Position numbers and translations under genes: made by a program
Origin: an uncultured bacterium
Lineage (GTDB): Bacteria; Oederibacteriota; Oederibacteriia; Oederibacteriales; Oederibacteriaceae
Length of the DNA stretch: 64,000 nt
Direction: 5' to 3'
Assembly (NCBI GenBank): GCA_965112635.1
Contig: OZ218778.1
Location: 2,496,001 to 2,560,000, forward strand
Shown: positions 46,392 to 56,168 of the stretch, one piece after another
Layout of the letters: each line of letters begins with the position of its first letter
Numbering within the stretch: the stretch's first letter is position 1
The notes under the pieces: model-generated
What the model saw: the letters and a program-made list of their open reading frames with translations, nothing else
Databases searched by the model: none
What the model was told of the DNA's origin: nothing

Positions 46392-47540
46392 TTAATTTTT
46401 ATTCCCGATGACCTGGGCTGCGGCCCTGGCCACGACGATCTCTTCGTTCGTTTTAATGACCCACACGGCGACCTGGGAATCCTCGCTGGAAATCCTGGTC
46501 TCCTGGTCGCCCAGGGCCTGTTCATTCCTGCTTGGGTCCAGCTTGACCCCGGCCCACTCCAGGTTGCTCAGCACGTTCTTGCGGACAAGGGGGTCCTTTT
46601 CTCCGATCCCCCCCGAAAAGGTGATGATATCCACCCCGTTGAGGCACACAAAAAAAGACCCCAGATACCGGCGCACCCCGTAGGTAAAGGCATCAATAGC
46701 CAGTTGGGCCTGGGAGTCCCCGGCCCCTGCCGCTTTTTTGATGTCCCGCATGTCCCCGCCCTTCCCGCTCAAGCCGGCCAGGCCGGATTCTTTGGACAGG
46801 ATGAGGGTGGTCTGTTCGATGGTCAAACCGAGCTCTTTCATCAAATAAAGGATGGCAAAAACATCCACGTCGCCGACCCGGTTGTTCTGCGGCAGGCCGC
46901 TCTGCGGGGTCATGCCAAAACTGGTGTCCACGGCCACCCCGTCCTTGACGGCGGCCATGCTGGAACTGCCTCCCAGATGGCAGGAAATATGCCGCAGGTC
47001 CTTTTTATCGCAAAGAGCCTTGGCCCGCAAAGAAGCGTAGTGGTGGCTGGCCCCGTGGAATCCGAGCTTTTTAATATGCTGTTCTGTCCTCCATTTATAA
47101 GGCAGGGCGTAGGCCGACACGCAATCCGCCATGGAATCGAAAAAGGCGGTCTCGAAAAGGGCCACCAGAGGAACTTTGGGGGCCACCTGCTGGAAAGCCC
47201 TCATGGCCGCGATGTAGGGAGGGTTATGGGCCGGGAAAAGGAAATTGTAGCTTTCCATGGCGTTTAAAAGCCTCTCGTCTACCCGGTGGCAGCCGCTCAT
47301 GTCCTTGGCCCCGATGGTCTTGAAACCCACTCCGCTGAGTTCGGACAGGGACTGCAGGGGTTTGCCCGGTCCCACCATTTCCTTGAGGGAAGCGTCGATG
47401 GCGTCCTCGTAATGCAGGAATTGTCCGCCCTGCTGGCCTATCCGCTCGACTCTGCCTTCGCTCAGCACGGTCTCGGTTTCCATCTCATAGAGCCTGTATT
47501 TGAATGAGGTGCTGCCAATGTTGGCCACCAATATTTTCAC
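46392..47540 (-). CDS. ackA: Acetate/propionate (lactate) kinase
   Basis: ILVANIGSTSFK, PAHNP, GFHGASH, CHLGGSSS, FSGGIGE, TNEE. Confidence 0.92.
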   Translation of the reverse strand: MKILVANIGSTSFKYRLYEMETETVLSEGRVERIGQQGGQFLHYEDAIDASLKEMVGPGKPLQSLSELSGVGFKTIGAKDMSGCHRVDERLLNAMESYNFLFPAHNPPYIAAMRAFQQVAPKVPLVALFETAFFDSMADCVSAYALPYKWRTEQHIKKLGFHGASHHYASLRAKALCDKKDLRHISCHLGGSSSMAAVKDGVAVDTSFGMTPQSGLPQNNRVGDVDVFAILYLMKELGLTIEQTTLILSKESGLAGLSGKGGDMRDIKKAAGAGDSQAQLAIDAFTYGVRRYLGSFFVCLNGVDIITFSGGIGEKDPLVRKNVLSNLEWAGVKLDPSRNEQALGDQETRISSEDSQVAVWVIKTNEEIVVARAAAQVIGNKN

Positions 47541-47561
47541 TGCGTATTGCTCCTTGAACGG

Positions 47562-47837
47562 TTATTTTAAAAACCCTTCCTCAATGCACTCGTGGGGCTG
47601 GGAAATCACGTGGTAGGCCGCCAACTCGCCGTTGACCGCCTTGACCGCCGCGATACCGGCATCCACGGCCGCTCTGACGCTGCCCACATCGCCTTTGACG
47701 ATGGTGGTCACCAGTCCGCCGCCGATCTGGATATTGTGCAAAAGCTCCACCTTGGCCGCCTTGCACATGGCGTCGCTGGCGTTGACCAGGCCTGCCAGGC
47801 CTCTGGTCTCTATCATTCCGATCGCTTCGTTCATCAA
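47562..47837 (-). CDS. BMC hexamer shell protein (BMC-H)
   Basis: AIGMIETRG...DAMCKAAKV...GDVGSVRAAV. Confidence 0.95.
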   Translation of the reverse strand: MMNEAIGMIETRGLAGLVNASDAMCKAAKVELLHNIQIGGGLVTTIVKGDVGSVRAAVDAGIAAVKAVNGELAAYHVISQPHECIEEGFLK

Positions 47838-47859
47838 AGTGTCTCCTTTTTAAAAGTTA

Positions 47860-48147
47860 TTATTTGCCTTTCTTGTTCCCCGGCTCCGCATAGTTGGACA
47901 ACTCTTCGTGCGGGTGAGGGATCACCTGGGCGCTGACCACCTTGCCCAGCTTGGCCGCGGCTTCCGCGCCGGCGTCCACCGCCGCTTTGACCGCTGCCAC
48001 ATCGCCTTCAACAAAAGCGGTCACCAGGCCTGAACCGGCCGGCTCCCACTTAAGGAAGTTCACGTTGGCCGCCTTGCACATGGCGTCCACGGCTTCGATC
48101 AGCGGAACCATGCCCACGGTCTCGATCATTCCTAGAGCGTTCTTCAT
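47860..48147 (-). CDS. BMC hexamer shell protein (BMC-H)
   Basis: ALGMIETVG...DAMCKAANV...GDVAAVKAAV...IPHPH. Confidence 0.95.
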   Translation of the reverse strand: MKNALGMIETVGMVPLIEAVDAMCKAANVNFLKWEPAGSGLVTAFVEGDVAAVKAAVDAGAEAAAKLGKVVSAQVIPHPHEELSNYAEPGNKKGK

Positions 48148-48206
48148 TGGGTCATCTCCTTTCTTTTAGAATCGTGTCCGATCATGGAACAAAAACCCTC
48201 TCAACA

Positions 48207-48884
48207 TTATTTAAATAGTTCGACGTTCTTGGCGCGGTGCAAGCCGCAGGCATTCGCTTCATCCGTGTCCAGATGGACTTCCAATTTTGATTTGGGCTCC
48301 ACCCTCACGTGGACCTTGTCGAAAACGACCTCAGTGTCGCCGGTGGAGACCCGCAGTTTCATGATGTCCTTGTGCTTGACCCCGTAGTATTCCGCATCAG
48401 ACGGGCTCATGTGCCCGTGAATAGCCGCGCGGACCACGCCTTCTTTAAGTTCCAGCAGACCTGCCGGCCCCATCACATACGCGCCCGGTGTTCCTTTTAT
48501 ATCCCCCGAGATGCGCACTGGCACATTCTCGATACCCAGGGTGATGGCGTCGGTGTAGGCCAGTTCGATCTGGGTGTAATTCCGCAGGGGTCCGAGGATA
48601 CGCATATTGGAGATGAGGCGGCTCTTGGGCCCGATAAGGGTCACGGTCTCTTTGGCCGCGTAAAAACCATCCTGGTAAAGGTCTTTAAAAGGGGTGAGTT
48701 TGGCGCCTGGCCCGAATAGGATTTCCAAGTCGGATTGCTTGAGGTGCATGTGCCGGGCTGAGGCGTTGACCACCAGGGGCGACGGCTTGCCTTTCCCTGG
48801 GGCTGGGGTACTTTTAGAAGCTGTTTGTTCCAATAGAACTTGCCGGACTACATCGGCAACCATGGACCTGGTCAAGTTGGCCAT
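48207..48884 (-). CDS. pduL: Phosphate propanoyltransferase (PduL family) with N-terminal encapsulation peptide
   Basis: SARHMHL, RILGPLR, HGHM, HLDTDEANA; N-terminal peptide VADVVRQVL. Confidence 0.93.
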   Translation of the reverse strand: MANLTRSMVADVVRQVLLEQTASKSTPAPGKGKPSPLVVNASARHMHLKQSDLEILFGPGAKLTPFKDLYQDGFYAAKETVTLIGPKSRLISNMRILGPLRNYTQIELAYTDAITLGIENVPVRISGDIKGTPGAYVMGPAGLLELKEGVVRAAIHGHMSPSDAEYYGVKHKDIMKLRVSTGDTEVVFDKVHVRVEPKSKLEVHLDTDEANACGLHRAKNVELFK

Positions 48885-48912
48885 AAAACAACCTCCTTAT
48901 TAAACTGGCCAA

Positions 48913-48988
48913 AGTATACTTCCACAATCGGTCAAAGTCAATCAAAATAATTCAATATCTTCCATAATTGTTCAAAATGTGCTATACT
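48913..48988. promoter_or_regulatory. Divergent BMC/deoR promoters with a 10-bp-period direct-repeat operator
   Basis: Minus strand: TTGACT (48936-48941)-17 bp-TATACT (48913-48918). Plus strand: extended TGcTATACT (48980-48988). Five decamers ending in CA across 48925-48974. Confidence 0.65.
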
Positions 48989-48995
48989 CCTTGAT

Positions 48996-49751
48996 ATGAA
49001 GGCAGCATTGCGTCAATTGAAAATAGAGGAATCTTTCAAGCAGACGGAGTTTATCGATTCTGAGACCCTGTGCAAGAAGTTCCAAGCCTCAGAATCGACC
49101 ATCCGCAGGGACCTTTCTGAACTGGAAAAAAAGGGGCTTATCCGGAGGGTCCATGGCGGTGCTTTGTCGCTTCACCTGCAGGATGACCATATGGATTTCG
49201 CCTATAGGAGCGCCCAGTCCTCCCAGGAAAAGCGCCGCATCGGCCAGGCAGCCGCGACTTTGGTCAAGGAAGGCACGACCATCATCTTGGACGGCGGTTC
49301 CACGGTGGCCGAGGTGGCCCGTCACCTGAATGGCAGGACGCTGCAGGTCATCACCAACTCCATTCCCATTGCCGAGATCTTCCACGACTCGCAAACCGTG
49401 GATGTTTCCCTGACCGGCGGATATCTCTATCCCCGTTCGGGCGTCCTGATGGGCCATTTTTGCGAGCAGATCCTGTCCATGATCAAAGCCAACACGGTCA
49501 TTATGGGAATCGGAGGGATCAGCGAGAACGGGTTGAGCAACTCCAACTCGCTTATCGTGGGACAGGAAAAGAAAATGATCGAAGTCTCCAACCGGGTCAT
49601 CATCGTGGCCGACCATACCAAGTTCGGCCACGACTCCACGATCTTTTTGGCTCCCCTGGAAAGGGCCAACGTCGTGGTCACGGATACCCTGGTGGACCCA
49701 AAATACGTCACCCTGCTGAAATCCCGCGGGGTCAATGTCTTAGTGGTGTAA
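48996..49751 (+). CDS. DeoR/GlpR family transcriptional regulator
   Basis: SESTIRRDL..LE...RVHGGA, ILDGGST, TNS, ADHTKFG. Confidence 0.95.
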   Translation: MKAALRQLKIEESFKQTEFIDSETLCKKFQASESTIRRDLSELEKKGLIRRVHGGALSLHLQDDHMDFAYRSAQSSQEKRRIGQAAATLVKEGTTIILDGGSTVAEVARHLNGRTLQVITNSIPIAEIFHDSQTVDVSLTGGYLYPRSGVLMGHFCEQILSMIKANTVIMGIGGISENGLSNSNSLIVGQEKKMIEVSNRVIIVADHTKFGHDSTIFLAPLERANVVVTDTLVDPKYVTLLKSRGVNVLVV

Positions 49752-49760
49752 AGGAAGGTC

Positions 49761-51056
49761 ATGGCTGATTTCATCCAGGATAACGGGGTTGTCGGAGCCG
49801 GAGGAGCCGGGTTTCCCACAGCGGTCAAACTGCAGGCCAAGGTCTCCACTTTTATCGTCAACGCGGCTGAGTGCGAACCCCTGTTGCACAAGGACAAGGA
49901 ACTTCTGGCCAACTATCCCGATGAATTTTTCAAGGGATTGGAAACCGCCATGTCCCGCACCGGCGCCGACCAGGCTGTCATCGGGATCAAGAACAAATAC
50001 CACGCACTCATTGACTCCCTGCAGGGTAGTTTGCCCAGGTCGGTAAAAATCCACCCGCTGGACGACATTTACCCTGCCGGAGATGAGTTTATTCTTGTTT
50101 ATGACATCACGGGCAAGATCATCCCCCCAGGCGGCCTGCCTTTGCAGGTGGGCTGCGTGGTCAACAATGTCGAGACTCTGGTCAACATTGGCCTGGCTAG
50201 GCCTGTGATTTCCAAGTTCGTGACGATAGCCGGCGCTGTTAAAGATCCTTGCACCCTCAATGTCCCCCTGGGCACACCCATTAGCCAGCTGATCTCAGCT
50301 GCCGGAGGTGTCACCAGCTCCGAATACGGCGTTCTGGTAGGCGGGGTCATGATGGGCCGCCTGCTGACCGACCCCCATGAACCGGTGACCAAAACAACGG
50401 GCGGAGTGCTGGTTTTCCCTGCTGACCATATTTTGCTGAAACGTTATGGCCGGACGCAAAAAATGATTGACCGCATCGGTCGTTCTGCTTGTGACCAATG
50501 CAGCATGTGCACTGAAAAATGCCCCCGTTACCTGCTGGGCCACCCCATAGAACCGCATAAAGCCATGCGGGCCTTGGGTTTTGCTCCTGAAAAGGACAGG
50601 ATGATCATGGGCACACTGTATTGCTGTGAATGCAACCTTTGTTCCTTTGTATCCTGCCCTGAGGACCTGGATCCCCGTTCGGTCTGCGCTCAGGCCAAGA
50701 CCAAAGCCAGGGAAAAGAACCTTAAATGGGCCGGTTCCCCACAAGACATACAAAGTCATACCATGCTTCCCTATCGCCGCACTCCTACCAGGATTTTGTT
50801 CCAAAAACTGGATTTGAACGGTTTCACGAACAAGGCACCTCTGCAAAAGCAAAAATTGAGCGTTTCCAAAGTCGTCTTGCCTTTACGCCAGCATGTCGGG
50901 GTGGCTTGCGAACCAGTCGTGAAAATTGGTCAAGCGGTCAGGGAGGGTGAGCTCATTGCCAAGGTTCCTGAGGGAAAATTGGGCGCTCCACTGCATGCCA
51001 GTATTAGCGGAACAATCAAGGAAATAACGGGCACGATCACTATCGAGGCGAATTAA
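49761..51056 (+). CDS. pduS: PduS-like (RnfC-related) FMN/4Fe-4S oxidoreductase
   Basis: GVVGAGGAGFPT, NAAECEP, YPAGDE, GGVMMG, two 4Fe-4S Cys motifs, C-terminal QHVG...HASISG. Confidence 0.88.
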   Translation: MADFIQDNGVVGAGGAGFPTAVKLQAKVSTFIVNAAECEPLLHKDKELLANYPDEFFKGLETAMSRTGADQAVIGIKNKYHALIDSLQGSLPRSVKIHPLDDIYPAGDEFILVYDITGKIIPPGGLPLQVGCVVNNVETLVNIGLARPVISKFVTIAGAVKDPCTLNVPLGTPISQLISAAGGVTSSEYGVLVGGVMMGRLLTDPHEPVTKTTGGVLVFPADHILLKRYGRTQKMIDRIGRSACDQCSMCTEKCPRYLLGHPIEPHKAMRALGFAPEKDRMIMGTLYCCECNLCSFVSCPEDLDPRSVCAQAKTKAREKNLKWAGSPQDIQSHTMLPYRRTPTRILFQKLDLNGFTNKAPLQKQKLSVSKVVLPLRQHVGVACEPVVKIGQAVREGELIAKVPEGKLGAPLHASISGTIKEITGTITIEAN

Positions 51057-51070
51057 AAGGAGGTTTAGCT

Positions 51071-51631
51071 ATGCCGGAGATCAACACCATCGGGATCGTC
51101 GAACTGACCAGTATCAGCCTGGGTTACCAGGTCCAGGACGCCATGCTCAAAACCGCCGCGGTCAGCCTGATCCTGGCCCGCTCTGTTTGCCCGGGCAAAT
51201 ACCTGATCGCCATCACCGGTGATGTTTCCTCGGTCAAGGCCAGCGTGGCCACTGGCGTGGCTATGGGCGCTGGAGCCGTGGTGGAGCAGGGCGTCATCGC
51301 CAACATTCACCCTTCGATCTTTCCGGCCCTGGCCCAGTCCGTGGAGGTCCCTCCTGAAGGAACTGGAGCTATGGGTGTCGTGGAAACATTTTCAGCTGCC
51401 AGCCTCATCGTGGCAGCGGATGCCGCGGCTAAAACAGCCGAGGTGACCATGTTACGGGTTTATTTGGCCATGGCTATCGGCGGGAAAGCATACTGTTTGA
51501 TGACCGGGAAGCTGGGCGATGTCGAAGCGGCCGTGGAAGCCGCGGCCCAATCAGCGGGCGAAAGCGGCATGCTGGTCAGCAAGGTAGTCATCCCCGCTCC
51601 TCACCGGGACCTTTTCAAAGAATACATTTAA
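51071..51631 (+). CDS. pduT: PduT-like tandem-domain shell protein (BMC-T)
   Basis: Two BMC domains; SVCPGKY motif with the pore Cys; follows the pduS-like gene. Confidence 0.9.
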   Translation: MPEINTIGIVELTSISLGYQVQDAMLKTAAVSLILARSVCPGKYLIAITGDVSSVKASVATGVAMGAGAVVEQGVIANIHPSIFPALAQSVEVPPEGTGAMGVVETFSAASLIVAADAAAKTAEVTMLRVYLAMAIGGKAYCLMTGKLGDVEAAVEAAAQSAGESGMLVSKVVIPAPHRDLFKEYI

Positions 51632-51754
51632 TTCACTGCCGCCAATTTTAATCCTTGCACGATAATATTCCCGTCATTTGAAACCCCATAGCCTTGCTGC
51701 TACAATTATTTTGTTTTCCAATACAAGCTTGGTTGCGGCCTAAAGGAGATTGTT

Positions 51755-53443
51755 GTGATAGCACTCTGGCCAGTGGATAGTCTTACCAAAGTTTTCCAGG
51801 ATGACCCAGTCCCGCGCTATAGGGAGAGAGCCATCGATCTTTTTGTGGCCAGGGGTGCCGTGGAATCAGCCCAGTGCGCATTCCAATCCGACAAGGACTT
51901 GACCGGATTTGAGGTCATGATCGACCCACCCCGGCTCCGCTCCAACCGCAAGCTCTGTCTTGGGGATATTAAATGGCGCCGGGTGGAATATGTGCCGGTG
52001 CGCCGGCCTTCCTGGTATCTGGACCCAACACAGCGGCTCCGGAACACCGCGGGTTTTTTCCCTGACCCACTAATAAACCCGGAAAATTTTCCCAAATTTT
52101 ACAGCCCTCCAGCCGCTCATCCGGGCCTTTTGCCTCTAGTCACAGGGCACTCCACTATCCCCCTCTGGCTCACCCTGTCCATTCCGGAAAAAGCTGTGCC
52201 TGGCCTTTACACGGGTTCCCTGACCATCAAAACGCCCCAAAGTTCCCGGAGCATTAAATTGAACGTGGAAGTCTCTCCGGCCATTTGCCCCCAGGAGCGG
52301 ACCCTAAAACTGACCCATTGGTTCAGCCCCCAGAACATCGCTAAAGCCGGAAAAGTAAAACTCTGGAGCCCTCAGCACTGGAAATTGTTATCGCACTGGG
52401 GCCGCGACCTGGCCCTGCACCGCGCCAATGTTATCTTTACTCCCTTGTCCGACCTTCTTCACCTCACCAAAAAAGGAAACAGGCTCCGTATCGACTTCTC
52501 GCGGTTTGATAAGTGGGTCAGAACTTTCCAGCAGGCAGGCGCCATAGGGTATATTGAAGGCACTCATCTGGCCAGCCGCATCAACAATTGGCAAAGCCAA
52601 TACGGCTTGAATCCCTTTATCATTCATAAGGAGGGTGGAAAGACCGAGAACCTCAATAAATGTCCGGCCCAAAATCCCCGCTGCCGCGCCTTTCTGAAAG
52701 ATTTCTTGGCCCAGCTCAGCGCTCATCTTAGGGAAAAAAACTGGGATTCTTTTTATTATCAGCATGTGGCCGATGAGCCCATCCCGGAAAACACCGCTTC
52801 CTACCGCGCACTCACGGATATGGTCAGGGAATTCGCGCCTGGCCTGCCCATTCTGGACGCCCTGCTGGGCTCCGAGGCACTGGCCGGGACCGTCAATATC
52901 TGGTGCCCCCAGTCCCAGGAAGCGGAAAAGCATCTGGAATTTTTCCACTCACGCCAGGCTCTGGGCGAGGAAATATGGCATTACACCTGCTGCTCCCCCA
53001 GTCAGAAATTCCCTAACCGTTTCCTCAACCAGCCGCTCCTCGGCACCCGTCTCCTGCACTGGTTCAATCACAAAGCGGGGCTGACCGGTTATTTGCACTG
53101 GGGCTTTAACTTTTGGGTATCCGGAGGTTTTCCCGATGCCAACCCCTTTACCGACACCGAGACCACGGAAACTTACGGGACCACCCGGCTCCCGGCAGGC
53201 GACAGCCACCTGGTCTATCCCGACCCGGACGGCAAACCGTTGGACTCCATTCGGCATGAGATGGTGCTGGAGGGAGTGCAGGATTACGAACTATTGCAGG
53301 TGCTCAGCCGCAACGACCCGGACAAAGCCATGCGTTTGGCTAAGGCAGTTCTGCCTACCTTGGTAGAATACGAAAAAAAGCCTGCGGTTTTCAGGAAAAT
53401 CAGGGCCGAACTTCTGGCAGGGGTTGCCCGGGCCCAGGGATGA
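51755..53443 (+). CDS. DUF4091 / GH123-like glycoside hydrolase
   Basis: FPDPL, PGLYTG, DFSRFDKWV, VADEP, WHYTCC, GYLHWG, GDSHLVYP...SIRHE...GVQDYE. Confidence 0.8.
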   Translation: MIALWPVDSLTKVFQDDPVPRYRERAIDLFVARGAVESAQCAFQSDKDLTGFEVMIDPPRLRSNRKLCLGDIKWRRVEYVPVRRPSWYLDPTQRLRNTAGFFPDPLINPENFPKFYSPPAAHPGLLPLVTGHSTIPLWLTLSIPEKAVPGLYTGSLTIKTPQSSRSIKLNVEVSPAICPQERTLKLTHWFSPQNIAKAGKVKLWSPQHWKLLSHWGRDLALHRANVIFTPLSDLLHLTKKGNRLRIDFSRFDKWVRTFQQAGAIGYIEGTHLASRINNWQSQYGLNPFIIHKEGGKTENLNKCPAQNPRCRAFLKDFLAQLSAHLREKNWDSFYYQHVADEPIPENTASYRALTDMVREFAPGLPILDALLGSEALAGTVNIWCPQSQEAEKHLEFFHSRQALGEEIWHYTCCSPSQKFPNRFLNQPLLGTRLLHWFNHKAGLTGYLHWGFNFWVSGGFPDANPFTDTETTETYGTTRLPAGDSHLVYPDPDGKPLDSIRHEMVLEGVQDYELLQVLSRNDPDKAMRLAKAVLPTLVEYEKKPAVFRKIRAELLAGVARAQG

Positions 53444-53449
53444 AAAACT

Positions 53450-54673
53450 CTACCTCACCAATTCCGACAATTTACACCCGTCGCGGGGGATAAATTTCCT
53501 CCAATAATCCACTGAAACTTTCATCCTGTCCAAAATATCCGCGTTGATGTCGGCCGTGGCTGAAAAGATCTCCAGGGTCATATAGATCTTTTCGCAGGTC
53601 CGAGGCATACCCTCAACTTGCGGCCCGCGATAGGACTCAGCCAGGGCACTGATAACCCTTTGCGGCTGGACCACGCCGGCCTTGTTGTTCTGCGGGGTAA
53701 AAGCCAGATGATGCGAGGACCTGCCGTCTGTCTGCTGTAGATGGATGATGGGCGAATAGCAGCCCAGCTCGGCCAGCCAGGCATAAAGGTCGCCGTCCTG
53801 TACCTGGGAAAAAAGATAGGGATACTGGTCCATGACTTCTTTAATGCTCCGGATAGCCTTGTCGTCGTTTTTTGCTGACTGCCTGAGAGCCTGCTGGAAA
53901 ATATTTCTGGCCTTCATCGGGCCCAGCCACAACCCCTGGAGGCTTTTTCCTTTCCTCCCTGCTTTCATGGCGGCAAGGATTTGGCTGGAAGTGGGATAAC
54001 AGTATTTCCTTTGGCCGGTCTGATGTCCCGTGTCTATGGCGATGTAAAACTGATGGCCGCCCCGCCTATAAACCTCTCTTAATAATTTTTTGGTGCCTGG
54101 AATGGTCCAGGGTATTTGGTGGGGAGCATACATCTGCTCCACTCCGACCGAGTCCACCCCGTGGTTAGCGCAAAACCCGGCCAAGCTGGCCAGGTTATTA
54201 TAAAGCTCTTCCTCCGCATCTTGGTATCGGACCGGGTCCTGCAGCACAGCTTCGGAAAAGGCATGGCAAAAAAATCCGAGGTCCGCTTTGCACTGGCTGG
54301 CCAGCAGGGCCAATGGCTTGAGCCACTTTTCCAGCATCTTTTTTCTGACCCGCCCGTCGGTATGGGACAAACCCAGGGTGGTATAGGAGCCGTGACCTGA
54401 ATAAAAATTGGCTATTTTAAATCCATGCTTCCGGCAGCTCCTGTTGACTTCCCTGACCCAATCCTTGAGATATCCCTGTTCCATATAAAAAGGGTCGCAT
54501 TCGTTGTCCGCGCTGGCTTCCGCGTAATGGATGCCAAAGCTCTTGATGACTTTGACCCATTCCTCGGGTTTGGTCCAACGCTTGACGGCAAAACAGTTGT
54601 CCACCGCCAGATAGATTTTGGGGTCCACAGGGACAGTATCTTTCTTGGAATAAGTATTGGTTTTGGGTCGCAT
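53450..54673 (-). CDS. AP-endonuclease-2 / xylose-isomerase-like TIM-barrel epimerase of unknown specificity
   Basis: DNCFAVKRW, VEQM, IDTGH, IHLQQTDG and LEIF metal-ligand pattern; translationally coupled to rhaB. Confidence 0.7.
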   Translation of the reverse strand: MRPKTNTYSKKDTVPVDPKIYLAVDNCFAVKRWTKPEEWVKVIKSFGIHYAEASADNECDPFYMEQGYLKDWVREVNRSCRKHGFKIANFYSGHGSYTTLGLSHTDGRVRKKMLEKWLKPLALLASQCKADLGFFCHAFSEAVLQDPVRYQDAEEELYNNLASLAGFCANHGVDSVGVEQMYAPHQIPWTIPGTKKLLREVYRRGGHQFYIAIDTGHQTGQRKYCYPTSSQILAAMKAGRKGKSLQGLWLGPMKARNIFQQALRQSAKNDDKAIRSIKEVMDQYPYLFSQVQDGDLYAWLAELGCYSPIIHLQQTDGRSSHHLAFTPQNNKAGVVQPQRVISALAESYRGPQVEGMPRTCEKIYMTLEIFSATADINADILDRMKVSVDYWRKFIPRDGCKLSELVR

Positions 54674-56166
54674 CAGCAGCCTTTGAAGGTATAGGAAGCC
54701 ATTTTTGAGGAGACATCCTTGAACTTGGCAAAGGACTTGTCCCAGGCCGCCCTGTTTTTGGGAAGATATTCCTTGATAGGGAACGATTTCCTGATGAGCT
54801 GTCGCATTTCGGCCACAGAACCGATCTCTCCCAGGGCAATAAACTGCATCCCGATGTTGCCCAGAGCCGTGGCTTCTTGCGGCCCGGCCAGGACACGGCA
54901 GCCGCTGGCCTCTGCGGTCATCCGGCAGAGCAGGGTGTTCTGGGAACCGCCCCCAAAAACATGGATGGTGCGGACGTTTCCGTGCATCAGTTCGTTGAGC
55001 TGTTCATACACCAGTCGGTATTTGAGGGCCAGGCTTTCGAAGACGCACCGGGCCGTCGGCCCCACGCCGCTCGGCACCTTTTGTCCGGACCTCCTGCAAT
55101 ACTCAGCGACGGCCACGGTCATGTCCTGCGGCGCCAGAAACAGGGGATGGTCAGGTTCTATCAAAGATTCGGACATGGGTTGTTTTTCAGCCTCCTGGCA
55201 GATCTCCGGAAAGGTCAATTTCATCCCCTTTTTGGCCCAGAGACGCTGGCACTCCTGGATGAGCCAGAGGCCCATGATGTTCTTAAGATACCGGTAGGTG
55301 GCATTGACGCCCAGCTCGTGGCTGAAGTTGTTCTCCCGGCTAAAATCGGTCAGGATGGGTTTGGAGAGCTCCAGCCCCATCAAGGACCAGGTACCCGAAC
55401 TGATGTAGCACCAATCATCCTTGGTCTCGGCCGGGGTCGCGGCCACAGCCGCGGCCGTGTCATGGCAGGCCGGAAAGATGACCGGGCACTGCACGCCCGT
55501 ATCTCGACTGACCCTCTGGGAAAACTTACCCACCTTGGTCCCTGGTTCCACGATTGCGGGGAGCAATGACTTTTTTAGGCCAAGGGTTTTCAGGATAACC
55601 GCTGACCATTCCCTGGTCTTGGCGTCCAGGAGCTGGCTGGTGCTGGCATTGGTGCGGTCGGCTGCTTTGGCGCCCGTAAGAAAATAGGTCAGTAGTTCGG
55701 GGATCATCAACAGCTTGTCTGCCTTGTCGATGACCCTGGGCTTGCGCGCCATCTCGGCGGTAAGCTGGAAAATGGTGTTAAAGGGCAAAAATTGGATGCC
55801 CGTGAGGCTATAGAGGGTCTTCCAAGACATTTTTTTGAAATACTGTTTGCCGGCATTCTGGTTGCGTTTGTCCCGGTAACCGAATGGCAGGTTGAGCAGG
55901 TCGCCGTCCTTGGTCAGCAGGCCGTAATCCACGCCCCAGGTATCCATGCCGAAGGAGCCGATGGCTTTGCTGTGCTTTTTGGAGGCCAGAATTCCGTTCT
56001 TGATCTCGGCCAGGATGGCTGGTATATCCCAATGCAAGTGTCCGGCCAGGTCGTGCATGCCGTTGGGAAAGCGGTGTATCTCTTTGAGTCCCAAGCGATC
56101 CTTTTTCAAAGACCCCAGGATAATCCGGCCTCCGGAAGCGCCGATATCAGCCGCCAGAACGTCCAA
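54673..56166 (-). CDS. rhaB: Rhamnulokinase (FGGY family)
   Basis: DIGASGGR, EIHRFPN, DTWGVDY, TGIQFLPFNT, HDTA, SSGTWSLMG, LKNIMGLW, EATALGN. Confidence 0.92.
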   Translation of the reverse strand: MDVLAADIGASGGRIILGSLKKDRLGLKEIHRFPNGMHDLAGHLHWDIPAILAEIKNGILASKKHSKAIGSFGMDTWGVDYGLLTKDGDLLNLPFGYRDKRNQNAGKQYFKKMSWKTLYSLTGIQFLPFNTIFQLTAEMARKPRVIDKADKLLMIPELLTYFLTGAKAADRTNASTSQLLDAKTREWSAVILKTLGLKKSLLPAIVEPGTKVGKFSQRVSRDTGVQCPVIFPACHDTAAAVAATPAETKDDWCYISSGTWSLMGLELSKPILTDFSRENNFSHELGVNATYRYLKNIMGLWLIQECQRLWAKKGMKLTFPEICQEAEKQPMSESLIEPDHPLFLAPQDMTVAVAEYCRRSGQKVPSGVGPTARCVFESLALKYRLVYEQLNELMHGNVRTIHVFGGGSQNTLLCRMTAEASGCRVLAGPQEATALGNIGMQFIALGEIGSVAEMRQLIRKSFPIKEYLPKNRAAWDKSFAKFKDVSSKMASYTFKGC

Positions 56167-56168
56167 GG

